DNA of 64,000 nucleotides from Auanema rhodensis (lineage: Eukaryota > Animalia > Nematoda), in the NCBI GenBank assembly GCA_964057225.1, contig OZ059896.1, forward strand, positions 9,982,001 through 10,046,000, read 5' to 3'. A model generated the notes under the pieces. That model saw only the letters and a list, made by a program, of their open reading frames with translations, searched no databases and had not been told where the DNA came from. The translations under genes were made by a program, and so were the position numbers. Shown piece after piece: positions 31,198 through 45,833 of this stretch. The stretch's first letter is position 1. Each line of letters starts with the position of its first letter.

Positions 31198-32305
31198 ATT
31201 TACTTTTTAAATATTATTTTAGCTACATAACAACTTACGTATCACGATGTCTATCTTCTTTTTTTAAAATTGACCGAGATGCACTTGATACAGGTGAAAG
31301 ATCTCTTTTACTTTTATTTTTTTTATGAGTAGGTACTTCAATTATGTCGTTGATCTTTAATTACAATAATTATTTCATTTAAAAAAAAAACTTTTCAAAT
31401 TAACTTACATTTTCGCTAAATGATACGGATTTTCGGTTAGAAGAATTTGGCCTTGTGTCAATTGCCAACAGATCTTCAGTTGATGAGCTTTCAATATCAT
31501 CGATCGATCTGTTTTTAAATTAAAAAATAATTTTATTTTTTATAAATTGAACTTACCGTCCGTCGAATAATCGAAGTTCAATTTCCTGATCAGCTCGTAT
31601 CTCGTCGTCCGATTCAGCAGTATTTTCAATAATAATAGAAGTTTGCTGCATAGTAGATTTTTTTACTCTTCTAATGGGAGACAAAGAAGAAGTTTTGAAG
31701 GTTTGCCTAGGATAGGAGTTTATATCCTTTCGGAGACTCTTGCTCCGCCTCCTTGATGCAGATGAGACTTTGATATGGCTTTTGCCAGCGTTAAAGATAT
31801 TAGATTCATGATGTGTTTTAGATATCGCTGTTGATTGCTGTCGAAGATGAAAACTCTGCTCATTGTATAGAGCTTTAGTCGGAATACTATTCTCTATAAG
31901 AATCATCTCATCTATTGAAGTAGATCGACAAATCATTTGTGGACGTCCACTATTGCATGGTGTAGGAACGAATGAAAGTTCTGAAATGAATAATTAATTT
32001 AAATAAATAAATTGATATACATATATACATTTTTTTAATTTTTATTTTCAAATTCACATCAAAATGTTACGAGAAGAATCAAATTTTGAGTTTTCTAGGA
32101 GGATTAAGAAGAATTAGAATTATGATCTCACAAAACTATAAAACTATGTTTTTTTAAACAAAAATATGAATTATTATAAAGAATATAAATACATTGACTG
32201 ACGTCAAAGATAGTTTTATAGAAAATCCAAAAAGTGAACGAAATCGTTTTGACGTCAAATAGTAAAAAAAGAATATTTATATATATGTATATACTCTCTC
32301 TCTCC

Positions 32306-32377
<72 letters not shown>

Positions 32378-35300
32378 TTATATATATTTATATATAGATA
32401 TGTTATAGTATATAGTATATAGAATATAAAAAATTAACTTGATTCTGTATACCATGTAAATACTAAAAATAATTTTGTTCGAATATTGACATATACGCTT
32501 ACATAATTAATGAAAAACTTTTAGCTAACCTATGCCATCAAGACCAACAACATGGCCTTCTTCGGAGTCAGTTCCCGAATCATCATCTAGTTGGAAAAGT
32601 GCTGCTCGTAGAGTTGGAGTCAGATCGTCTGTTCGACCAACGACAATAGAGTCTTCAGATGATACAGAGCTACTTCTTTCACTTGATTGAAGCTTAAAAA
32701 ATTGAAATTAGTAAGGTAAATAGATTTCCTTCACAATTTAGAAATGAAAAACATACATGTTTATACTTTACATCAGAAGAAATTGAATTTTCTTCCGTAT
32801 TTTCGGTGGTATTCAAATTATCTCCTGAATTTACAGATGTTTTTGAAGTTTCACACAGTATTTCCTGATCCGAATCTCCATCATCAACTACAATTACAAT
32901 TGGAGAAATGTTGTTCTGAAAATTAAATTTTTTATTTAATTTGTAAAATAATTTTTGAAACTAAAACCTGAATAGAAGAAAAAATGAAACTCTGGTTAGA
33001 TTCATCATTACTGATTTGTATAGGTAATCGTTCACTAAGTTCAGGTGAAGCCTTAAATCTAATTGTATTTCAAAAACAATTAAATTGATATACCGTAAGT
33101 ATACTAGGTGATGGTGATGGTGTTAAAGATGGACGTTTATCAGAAGTATAGTAAAGTACAACTCGTTCAACCGTAGGTGCAGGACTACTGAACGAAAAGT
33201 GAATGATTATATAGAGAATTTATATAATAATTTATATTAAACAATATGTAATAAATAAATATTTACCGTGGCTTTTGATGATCGCGTAATGAATGAGTTT
33301 CTGTATCACTTAATCGATTCGGGGAGTTCATCACTCTAGAAGGATTAGATGTTGCACCTTCTTCGATATTTTGAGAATCTGGAGCCGGAGTATAACGATA
33401 ATCCCAGAATCTTTCTATGTCATTTATATCCACTATTTGTTCACAGCCTTCTAATGCTTTATCAAGGTTTGTTTGGAAATTTAATTTAACCTTAAATTCA
33501 TACATAATGTATTGGGTACATTAACTTAATTTAAATTACCAGGCTTGCTTTATCCATTTCAGAACTAATGAATGAAGTTGTTTCACTAGCTAATTCTTCT
33601 GTTTGAAGTGAATCTATTCGTTCAATATTTCCTTTTTCAACTTTCTGAAACTTGACAAAAATTGTTTAAATATATTAAAAAATCTATCGTACATCAAAAA
33701 GCTCCGAAGATTTGTCTTGTTCTACTTCATAACTTTGTGAAATAGCAGGACTGCTTAAACTATTTTCTGAACATTCATCTACTCTAACCTATAACTAGTT
33801 TATTTAATTTTTGCTTTACTCAAATGATATATTAACCTCTGGAAGTTGCATTTTCAATGAATCACTCAGTATTACTTTATCTAAATTATTTGGCAACACG
33901 AAATTATTTAATTCTGGTGTTTCCTATAAGCAAATCAATAATTCAGATTAATTATAATTTATATAAATATATTGTTTATAATTCAATTGTTTCTTACTAG
34001 AATGTCTCAAAGTTCTCATACCTGCTCATTATCAGAGTCAGCGATTTGGGGAGAAAGCGTTTCAATCCACATCTCAGTTCTTGATCGGCGGTCTTCCTCT
34101 TCGAATGGATCAGCAAAAGGATTCAAACTAAACAAATATGTTTTACTGATATTTTAAGAGTTACATATACATACTTTTCAACTTGCATATATTGTTCCAA
34201 ATCATAAGAATAACTAACAGGATTATGCCATCCATTTGGAATGTCATCTTGTGGTTCAACTTTAAGATTTAATCTGAACGAAATATGTTGTATATGAATA
34301 TGATAGTGATATTCATTAATAAAAAATTATTATTATAAATATCTTACTTTTCAATATTTTTCATATTATCATTCAAACGTTTTGCATATTCTTTCAGGCG
34401 TTCAATTTCATCGTCAATGGATTTTTCCATAGAGTTTGACTTCTTTCCAGTTTCACATTCAGATTCAACACTATCAGTTGAATCATAATCATCATTGTCG
34501 TATCTTAATGTATTATATAGTAGCATTTGACTATTTAGAAAAAAAACCTTCCGTGTCTTGTCATATCTAATATATCCGGAGAAACCGTTGGTTCGGCTGA
34601 AGGTTCCGTTGATATGCTAGGCTCAGACGGCAGCTGATAAAATAAATATGTTAAGTAATACGAAAATTATTTATAAATTGAAATGTTATAGTATTTGTAT
34701 GCAATAAATAGAAACTTACGTCTCTCAAATTCAGAGGCGGCATATCAGAATCCATGAGAGCAACACTACCTGAAGATGAAGATAGCTGAAATGAAATACT
34801 GATAATCTTTGAGAACACAAAAAAGAAGCCAAAATTGATATATTTTTTTTAATTGAGGCCAAGTTTTTAAAATGGGAAGCTTGAAAAAATGTTGAAAATA
34901 GTGAATATATTCAGAAAAGAATAACATGAAATGGCAATATCTTTGTATTGTGCAGAAAAGAAAGAAAAAATGTTATAAACTTATATATATATAACTATAA
35001 GTGAATAGGTAATCGGATTTAAGATGAAAAAAAGATGAACACATGATTATATAATCAAGTTATTATGTTCAATGACCAATTTTATAAAAATATATACACA
35101 ACACCTCACTGATGTAATGAACAACATATCGAATAATCTGAATCCAATGAATTTTAACTAATATATGGCAGTAGCGCTATCATATAAGCTTTTTATGTTT
35201 TGCATTAACAGGCTTCACTTTAAATTAATGCTTTCTTATAATATTTCCCTATACTTTATGTTAATTTATTAAATATCTTAATATAGACATAAAATAGATT

Positions 35301-36652
35301 ATTCGAAAGAAATTGAGATCATAGAAGCCATAAAATAAAAGAAGAAATTTTTTATTCCAAACTTATCTTCCTCTTCCGTTGGATTCTCATTTATAGGGAG
35401 AGAAGGAAAGACTGGGAAACTCTCATTTCAAACCCACTAATGTTATACTCTTTCGAGTGTTACCATAGCAACAATACAGAATATATTTCAAGGTATGTCA
35501 AGGATTCGAAAAAGTTTCTGTCAGAAATCATTGGTTGAGGCAATATCACTATACATACATATATCAATGTATATTTTCAGTATAAAGTTAATATATGATT
35601 GGTGTAATAACCAAATGAAAATATTATTCAAACTATAGTACAACATTTAAAAAAATTTTTTTGGCTACTTCTCAAACTAGTTCAGGAGCATTTTGCGAAC
35701 AGGAAGCTAGCATGTTAAGAAACATCTGAGGAATGTAAGCTCTTGACAATATCCGGATTTTTTATATAGGTTAGATATTTTTATATAGAAAAAAACAGAA
35801 TAATTAGATAAAAAAACATACCAATGATTCTAAGCGTTGTTTGGCTCGATTTCGAATGGCACGTCGTTGCCTCCAACGTTTATCACCTGATGAAGCTATT
35901 GAAATCGGTGACATGCAGATTCCTTTTTCAACGAGTCTGGATTTGATGGGAAATAGCTGATGTTAGTTATTTTCGTAATATGAACATACTTTTCACTTCT
36001 TTTTTCTCTTAAAGAGCAAAATCGTTTGAATTGAACCGGTTGATCTAATGTGTGCATCAATGGTTCACTCTTAGCTCGTTGTTCCAAGGGTGGAAAACGA
36101 TCTAAATTTTGAGTTAAAATACAGCAATAAATAAGAAAAAAATAAAAAAATGATCATTATTCATTCATTCAATTATGAAGAACTTTAATAATTTATAAGC
36201 TTACTTCCTGTGTCAACTAAGACAACATCTGGAGTAGACACTACACGAACAAGCCTAAATTGTACATTTTACTTGAAACAGTATATAATATATCTTTTCT
36301 AAATATTTGCTCATATGACATAGTGAAAAAGTACTATTATTCTCAAAATGTTTAATATATTATTTATCAAAACTTATTTTTATTTTAATATACGATAACT
36401 TATTTTAAATAATATTTTAATATGAACAAAAAGATCCAGAAATCTAGAGGTTTCTATTTTTTCAAAAATATTAGTAAAGTTTTTTTTTTCAACGATCAAA
36501 TTTCAAATCATAAAACAAATAAACAAATTGAGATTTCATACTAGGATTTCGGAAAAAATACTGTTCGATATGTAATCTGCTTCTCACCTTCCTGGGGCAC
36601 AATAACAGTAGTTTGTACATCGACAAGAGAAAGAACATAAGAAACAAAGCAT
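30179..36652 (-). CDS. Large multi-exon uncharacterised Ser/acidic low-complexity protein with Cys-rich N-terminus and helical C-terminus
   Basis: Phase-consistent exons checked at both ends: MLCFLCSFSCRCTNYCYCAPGR|LVRVVSTPDVVLVDTG|NRFPPLEQRAKSEPL...QRLESL|LSSSSGSVALMDSDMPPL... to ...RSVEEILQRVSRALYGQ*. Internal exons match ORFs 34344-34526, 33263-33505 and 31553-31936. Not every junction was verified. Confidence 0.6.
31143..31197. repeat. (AT)n microsatellite
   Basis: Direct TA run within an intron. Confidence 0.9.
32275..32400. repeat. Compound (CT)n(AT)n microsatellite
   Basis: CTCTCT run followed by a long TATATA run; produces the spurious SLSL/YIYI ORF. Confidence 0.93.
35459..35472. 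promoter_or_regulatory. Candidate X-box in a long intron
   Basis: GTTACCATAGCAAC matches the RFX/DAF-19 consensus GTTNYYATRRNAAC. Confidence 0.6.
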
Positions 36653-38376
36653 TTTAATGTAGAATAAACAATAAGGCTCATTACGCTTATCTAATTTTTA
36701 ATATCATTTAATCTGAAATATTATGAATAATTTATCATAATTATTGAGTAAAACATTAATCAATATGACTATACATATATGTAAGAGACGGAGAAGACCA
36801 GGTTAAGCATTTTTATATGAAAACACATTATTATATAGCAAAATTACATCGATTACTCTATAATCTGCTTTCAATAGTAAGAGTTTTGAAAAGGTATGTG
36901 AATCTTGAAAGCAATGCGAAATACATATTTCCCACGGGTCATCTTAACAATATTCTATTTTATTTTCAATTAAGACAGAGAAATATGCGTCAAGTAGAAA
37001 GCCATATTTTAAAACGCATGAATAATCTGTAATAGATGGAATAAAAAGAAAAAAGCTATATATGTGTGTATATATAAGGCGGAGATAGAAAATGAATGAA
37101 GAAAAAAGAAATCATTTTCTGCTGCGAGATGTGTGTACTTTGAGTGCAAAAACAAAAAAGCTCAAATCTTATGCTAACGGCAAAATGATAAACATATATT
37201 CCAATATATGAATTGAACTAGAACTTTTAAAGAGAATTATAATTAGGTTTGCATTTAAATGTGTAGTGATGACGTATTAGAAGAATAAAATTCAATATTT
37301 GCTAAAAATGGACTAAACGGAGAAAGATGAGCTCTAGTTTTAGCAGATGCTTTCATTAGGTATTCTGTGTGTACAATTGTTTGAGTATGTTACCTGACCT
37401 TCTGTCTTTACTTATGCGCTGTAACTAAATTGTATCGAAAAATATCAGAGAGCATGTATGACTGCAAAGAATATTTCTACAGATTTTCATATCTAAAAGT
37501 ACAAACACTTTATGTATTTTTATAATTCAATGAATATAATATTTTTTAGATTTTCAAAGAAACCTGCTTAATATATAATTTAAAACTTCGCTCATTTTGA
37601 TAATCGAGTCATATTTCAGCTAACTTAACTCACTATAGGTAGCAATAATGTTATAAATATCTGAATCAGAAAGCGGGTGTCAAGAAGACTAACAAGAAAG
37701 CAGTAGCAAAAGAACATTAGGTAAATGAATGGTTGACCTTGTTTATCGCCTGTTTCAATAAGCTCTTTCTTTAATTAACACAATGCACATAAATTCAATG
37801 GAACTGAATAAATCTACATTAAACCGACATAATATAATAGGAAACATTCTTATAAAAATACAAAATGGGAATACATTTTTGAAGTATTCATCTGTTCCAT
37901 CAAAAGTATATTAAGAGTTATGCAATTTTTAGCATATTACGAAACTTTATGATAAAATAAGTTACAACATAAGTATAAAATAGGTAAAACATTTCTGAAT
38001 CGTAGTCTCTGTGTTTCAACCAATTCAAATAGGATAGCCATAGCATGATACCTTCCGCCTCGAAGCAGCTGGTATTGTGTCACAGCAGATCAAAAGGCTT
38101 CATAAATGGACACCGGTTACTCGCTTTTGTCCCGTTACTATAGTGATACCCTTTTTCACGTATACATAAAGCCAAAGCGTAGCCATTATATTCTTTGAGA
38201 AAATAGCTCGATATCTATCCGACGAAAAGATTAAATTGTGTTCTGATTTCAAATTCATTCAATTTATGTGAGTGTAGGTCTTTATGAATCATGGTCCAAC
38301 TAATAGAAGCAATGAGGCAAGAATATTAAAGTAGAATGTATATATTTTAGAAAAATTCTAATAACATGATTAAAGA

Positions 38377-39273
38377 AATAAACGTTAAGTTATAGTTAAC
38401 ATTGCGCATCGAACTCCCCCCCCCCTCTTCTTGCGCTGACGTATAAGCGTAGGAGTGTTATTTACGGACTTGATGAGTAAGTTGGTTGAATTTGAACGTT
38501 GAGTTGAAATTGAACGACTCCATATTAATGATTTCACTCGTTTAATTTGAAAGGAATTGATGTGAGCTGCTTCTTCCTCAGAGCAGCAGCAGGTCCGCTC
38601 ACAGCCTGAAATAAAATCTTCGTAAGTTTAAGTTGACAAAAAATGACAGGGAAACTATCTACTCTAACGCTATGACATAAAATGACAAAAGTACAATTAA
38701 AAAAAAATTAGTCAACAAACCGATACCATAGAATTATTTTGGGACAGTATTGGCTAAAATTATTTTATTCAGCTCATCACTGAATAGGTTTTCAAATGTG
38801 TTTCACAAACCTTCTTTCCTCCTTTACCAAAAAGTTTAGCAGTGCAAGGAGACAGCAAAGAATCAGAAGGCGAACTCATATGAAGATGCTCTTGAATTTG
38901 ACGTCGAGTTCTGACAGCTTCAGGAGTAGCTTTTGATTTTCCACATGAGTTTGCCATGGGGAAACCCTTAAACACGTTGATTTGGAAAAAGACAAGCAAC
39001 TCTCACCTTTTCAGTAGCAATACTGCAATGACTAATATCGTGCATGTTTTCAGAGTCATCAGCAGAAATATCAAGTACCTAAATTGAATGAATGATTTAT
39101 AAAAACTATGCATATATCTTACATTTTCTTTTTTGTGATTGGGTGGCGTATTTAGCTGTTCAGTCTGCATTTGACCATGATCTTGATCCACTTTGTCAAC
39201 ATCCATTCTGAAAAGAATAATAGTAAACACATAAAATGTACAAAATCTTGTAATCTGAAAGCATTCTAAAAAA
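38377..39273 (-). repeat. Left arm of inverted duplication
   Basis: Reverse complement of 39643-40525. Identical by eye over 38502-39273; diverged over 38377-38501. Confidence 0.97.
38534..39206 (-). CDS. Spo12-motif protein, copy A (4 exons, 127 aa)
   Basis: Mirror of 39710-40382; start and stop coordinates both sum to 78916, so there are no net indels. Confidence 0.8.
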
Positions 39274-39549
39274 ACATTTTGCCTAAAGTTCCGCAATTAC
39301 TCTACTTCTATTAATATATTCCCAATAAAGTCTGCCGCTATAAAGCTTAATATTTTTGGTTGAAAAAACATTAACTGTTTTCGCTATCCTTCATATATCT
39401 TCACTCTATTCTCATTAGAAAAAATAATTTGAATTCCTAAGAAAGAACTTGACGAAAAACTTTGTATTATATGTATTAATCCGTCATTATAATACAAACT
39501 TTTTTCTACTACAATTGCAAAATACTCCTCAAGTATGCTCTAGTGACAA

Positions 39550-39569
39550 TTTGAAATCGCGCGAGAAAA
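39550..39569. promoter_or_regulatory. Candidate E2F(CDE)/CHR-like cell-cycle element in the palindrome spacer
   Basis: TTTGAAATCGCGCGAGAAAA: a CGCGCG core next to TTYRAA, the only CG-rich patch in the spacer. Confidence 0.45.
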
Positions 39570-39642
39570 AAATTTTTGAAAGTTAAACGCTTTTATTGCG
39601 AAATAATCTTTCTTTTATGTATTTTAATACTTTTTTTTATAA

Positions 39643-40525
39643 TTTTTTAGAATGCTTTCAGATTACAAGATTTTGTACATTTTATGTGTTTACTATTATT
39701 CTTTTCAGAATGGATGTTGACAAAGTGGATCAAGATCATGGTCAAATGCAGACTGAACAGCTAAATACGCCACCCAATCACAAAAAAGAAAATGTAAGAT
39801 ATATGCATAGTTTTTATAAATCATTCATTCAATTTAGGTACTTGATATTTCTGCTGATGACTCTGAAAACATGCACGATATTAGTCATTGCAGTATTGCT
39901 ACTGAAAAGGTGAGAGTTGCTTGTCTTTTTCCAAATCAACGTGTTTAAGGGTTTCCCCATGGCAAACTCATGTGGAAAATCAAAAGCTACTCCTGAAGCT
40001 GTCAGAACTCGACGTCAAATTCAAGAGCATCTTCATATGAGTTCGCCTTCTGATTCTTTGCTGTCTCCTTGCACTGCTAAACTTTTTGGTAAAGGAGGAA
40101 AGAAGGTTTGTGAAACACATTTGAAAACCTATTCAGTGATGAGCTGAATAAAATAATTTTAGCCAATACTGTCCCAAAATAATTCTATGGTATCGGTTTG
40201 TTGACTAATTTTTTTTTAATTGTACTTTTGTCATTTTATGTCATAGCGTTAGAGTAGATAGTTTCCCTGTCATTTTTTGTCAACTTAAACTTACGAAGAT
40301 TTTATTTCAGGCTGTGAGCGGACCTGCTGCTGCTCTGAGGAAGAAGCAGCTCACATCAATTCCTTTCAAATTAAACGAGTGAAATCATTAATATGGAGTC
40401 GTTCAATTTCAACTTACTCATCAAAATGTGATATTCCGTAAATAACACTCCTGCGCTTATGCGTCAGCGCAAGAAGAGGGGGGGGGAGTTCAATGCGTAA
40501 TGTTAACTATAACTTAGCGTTTATT
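39643..40525 (+). repeat. Right arm of inverted duplication
   Basis: Reverse complement of 38377-39273. Confidence 0.97.
39710..40382 (+). CDS. Spo12-motif protein, copy B (4 exons, 127 aa)
   Basis: MDVDKVDQDHGQMQTEQLNTPPNHKKEN|VLDISADDSENMHDISHCSIATEK|GFPMANSCGKSKATPEAVRTRRQIQEHLHMSSPSDSLLSPCTAKLFGKGGKK|AVSGPAAALRKKQLTSIPFKLNE*. All introns phase 0. A possible extra micro-exon starts at ATG 39652. Confidence 0.8.
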
Positions 40526-41530
40526 GCTCATATTTGTTAAATAAAATCATTTCAATAAGTATTTGTTGTACTCTAATTATATAATCATTTAAATGAAAAG
40601 AATAAATACATTCATTATCCCTAATCTACATATAATAAACTTCTGAGGCGACATTAGCTGTCCAGACTTTTTTTCCTAAATAAATATTCTAATTATTAGG
40701 TAATGCTTAAAATGTTTTATAATTAGGTATAATATCTTACAATTGGAGTTGAAAAATGACAGTGTAGATGCGTAAGTTGTTTTTTTAAAATTTTATTTTT
40801 TAATTTTGGTCATTAAAGCTTTTCCTTTCGTATCCTTGACATTAAAAATATATCAAAAGCGGGAAAACTGTTCGGAACATTAGATTTAGATAAGACATCA
40901 ACGTCGAAGAAGTTGTTATTGTCGTAAACCACATATGTATAAACTTTTTCCAGAACTCATCAAAAGCATTAAGCTGAAGTCTCCCTCCAAACATATGCCA
41001 AGGCCGGAGACTGAGAAATTAGATCGAACAACCATAATTTAATTTGATTAAAATTTAATTATTACGAATAAATTTATTCGTCCATACTGACTAATTTTAG
41101 ATATCTTTATTTTGCCTTCTCTAATACTAACTAAATACCCGTAATATATAGAAGAACATTTTACATTATTTATTAGAATCAGATGACGATTTTTTATTTG
41201 TCTCAATTTACATGCTAAAGTAATCAATAAAAAGTTAATCAGAGCTCAGATTATGACTTCGAATCACGGCAAAAACCAAAATTTTTCTAAATAAACGTGT
41301 CTACTACATCATATTTTTTTAATGAAACTGATTTCTTATTTTTCAAATCAAAAGATTTCTACTTGATATATTAAAGTAGCAGCTGTATATGTGCCTCAAA
41401 TCAGAACGTAGTAGCTGGAATATATAATATAACAATTTAGAACAGACATTGATAGCTGTGTTAAAAATTCTGTTGAACTTTATGTAGAATTCAAACATGA
41501 AAAATTTTTCAACAAAGGTTTCTTTTGCTA

Positions 41531-42845
41531 ATGGAGCAGAATAGTGATGTTATTCCCGTATATTGTAAACCTTTCAATTTGCACCCTACTGTATTTATCA
41601 ATACTATGCATATAACGTCTCTGATTACTACGCCTATTAATCTTTTTGGAATTTATCTTATTATCTACAAGTCTACAAAACCAATGCATGAATATCGTTG
41701 GCATTTATTGAATCATCATTTATGGTCCTCAATCTTAGAGTCTATTCTCTTATCTGGAGCAACACCAGTTTTATTCATACCACACGTTGTTGGTTACAGT
41801 GCTGGTTGGATGTATACATTACTGTATATCCCATCATATCCTTTAACAGTTATAACACTTATAATATTTTTTGGAACACTTTGTTCAATTGTACAGTTAT
41901 TTTGGTATCGGCGAAGAGTTTTACTACCTCCTAGCCATCCGCAATACTACTCAAATACTATCGAATGGATTATTAGACTAAGTACTTATTTCTGGTATAT
42001 GATCCCTGGAATAATTATGAGTTTTCTTACCTACAGGCCACACAATACTTCGATTAGATATTTTCGTGTATATAAGTTTAATTTTAATATGTCGACATAC
42101 TGGTTACTCTAGGCTCACACTTGTTTGCAAGGATTAGTTGATATACCGAACGCAATAGCCATATTTGCTAATCCAGAAGACGATATAGCTTTAAACTTTT
42201 TAGTGAGGTTGGCCATGGTAGGTTTGATGTTTGCTTGTTGTATTCAGTTGACTATACATTAACTATACTAAAATAACTAATAATGTTCAGATTGGTGTAG
42301 TAGTTATGGTAGCCTTCGCTTTCACAGTTAGTGCATACTCCACGATGCATTCTTTCTTATTACTTCGATCTCATAGTACTCAATTATCTCCTGCAACAGC
42401 AAAAATGCAAGAAGCTTATATGAGAGCTTTAGTTATACAAGCAGGTTGTTTAAAAATGACAAAACTACTCAGCAATTCAGATAATTGTCCCTGTAATATT
42501 GATTGCTGTGTTTGGGGGTATAATGGTATTTTCTGCTATTTTTCTTCTTGCAGCTGAACAAGGTTAATCATACTACTCAAATATATACTTTTCATATTTT
42601 TAGAAGTATACCAAATATGCTTGTTAGGCTTTTCAGTTCATGGGACTTGTGGTACAATTACAATGATGTGGGTAAATCGGCCATACCGCATATTCTGCTT
42701 AAAGCTGTTATTAAACAAACAAAGTTCTTTATATCAATTTTCAAATTATACGCAGATGCTTTTAGAACCCCAAACGAGAAATATGCTTGCTTTCAGTGGA
42801 ACTTTGAGCTCTGCTAACAACACACATGGAAACATAAACCTTTGA
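41531..42845 (+). CDS. Serpentine chemoreceptor, Str superfamily (Srh/Sri-like)
   Basis: TPINLFGIYLIIYKSTKPMHEYRWHLLNHH; TPVLFIP..VGYSAG; LSPATAKMQ...LVIQ; SVHGTCGTITMMWVNRPYR. Confidence 0.88.
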
Positions 42846-42930
42846 AACGAAAACAAAATCCTAAAAATAACAAATTAGTCTTCTACACCGTATTATTATT
42901 CAATTTGTGTTTCAATTATTGAAATGAAAA

Positions 42931-45441
<2,511 letters not shown>

Positions 45442-45833
45442 TTATAAAATATTTAAAATTACTTACAATTCTACTATGGATCTTGTTAATGCATCGACGT
45501 AAATTTTAAATAAATAAAAATAATTAAATGACTCAACAATAAAAATAATAAAGTGAAACGTAAATAGAGCCAATGATATCCATTAGAATTTGTAGAAAGA
45601 AAACAAAATTTATAAAACCTATCTATTGAATATGAAAACATAATTCATGAAAACTTTGGTAATAAATTAGCTATTTTTATACTTTTTAGTACTAGATAAT
45701 AATTTATAGGTAATTTAAAATTCTAAATATATGTTGGTTGTTGCATAATTGCTTATAATAAACTATTTATTTCACTATATTAATGACACTGCTACTATGT
45801 ACGTACATAACCGTTATAAATTATAAATCGTAC

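Noticed and set aside
32234-32422. ORF with SLSL/YIYI runs
   Set aside because: Translation of a microsatellite.
38040-38250. Moderately GC-richer patch with a short open minus-strand frame
   Set aside because: No start, no domain and no consistent exon chain.
38377-40525. Inverted repeat as transposon TIRs or fold-back element
   Set aside because: The arms consist of an intron-containing host-type gene; no transposase or target-site duplication seen.
41137-41160. TACCCGTAAT, resembling a miR-51-family 5' end; likewise TGAGATCAT near 35314
   Set aside because: No complementary arm forming a pre-miRNA stem.
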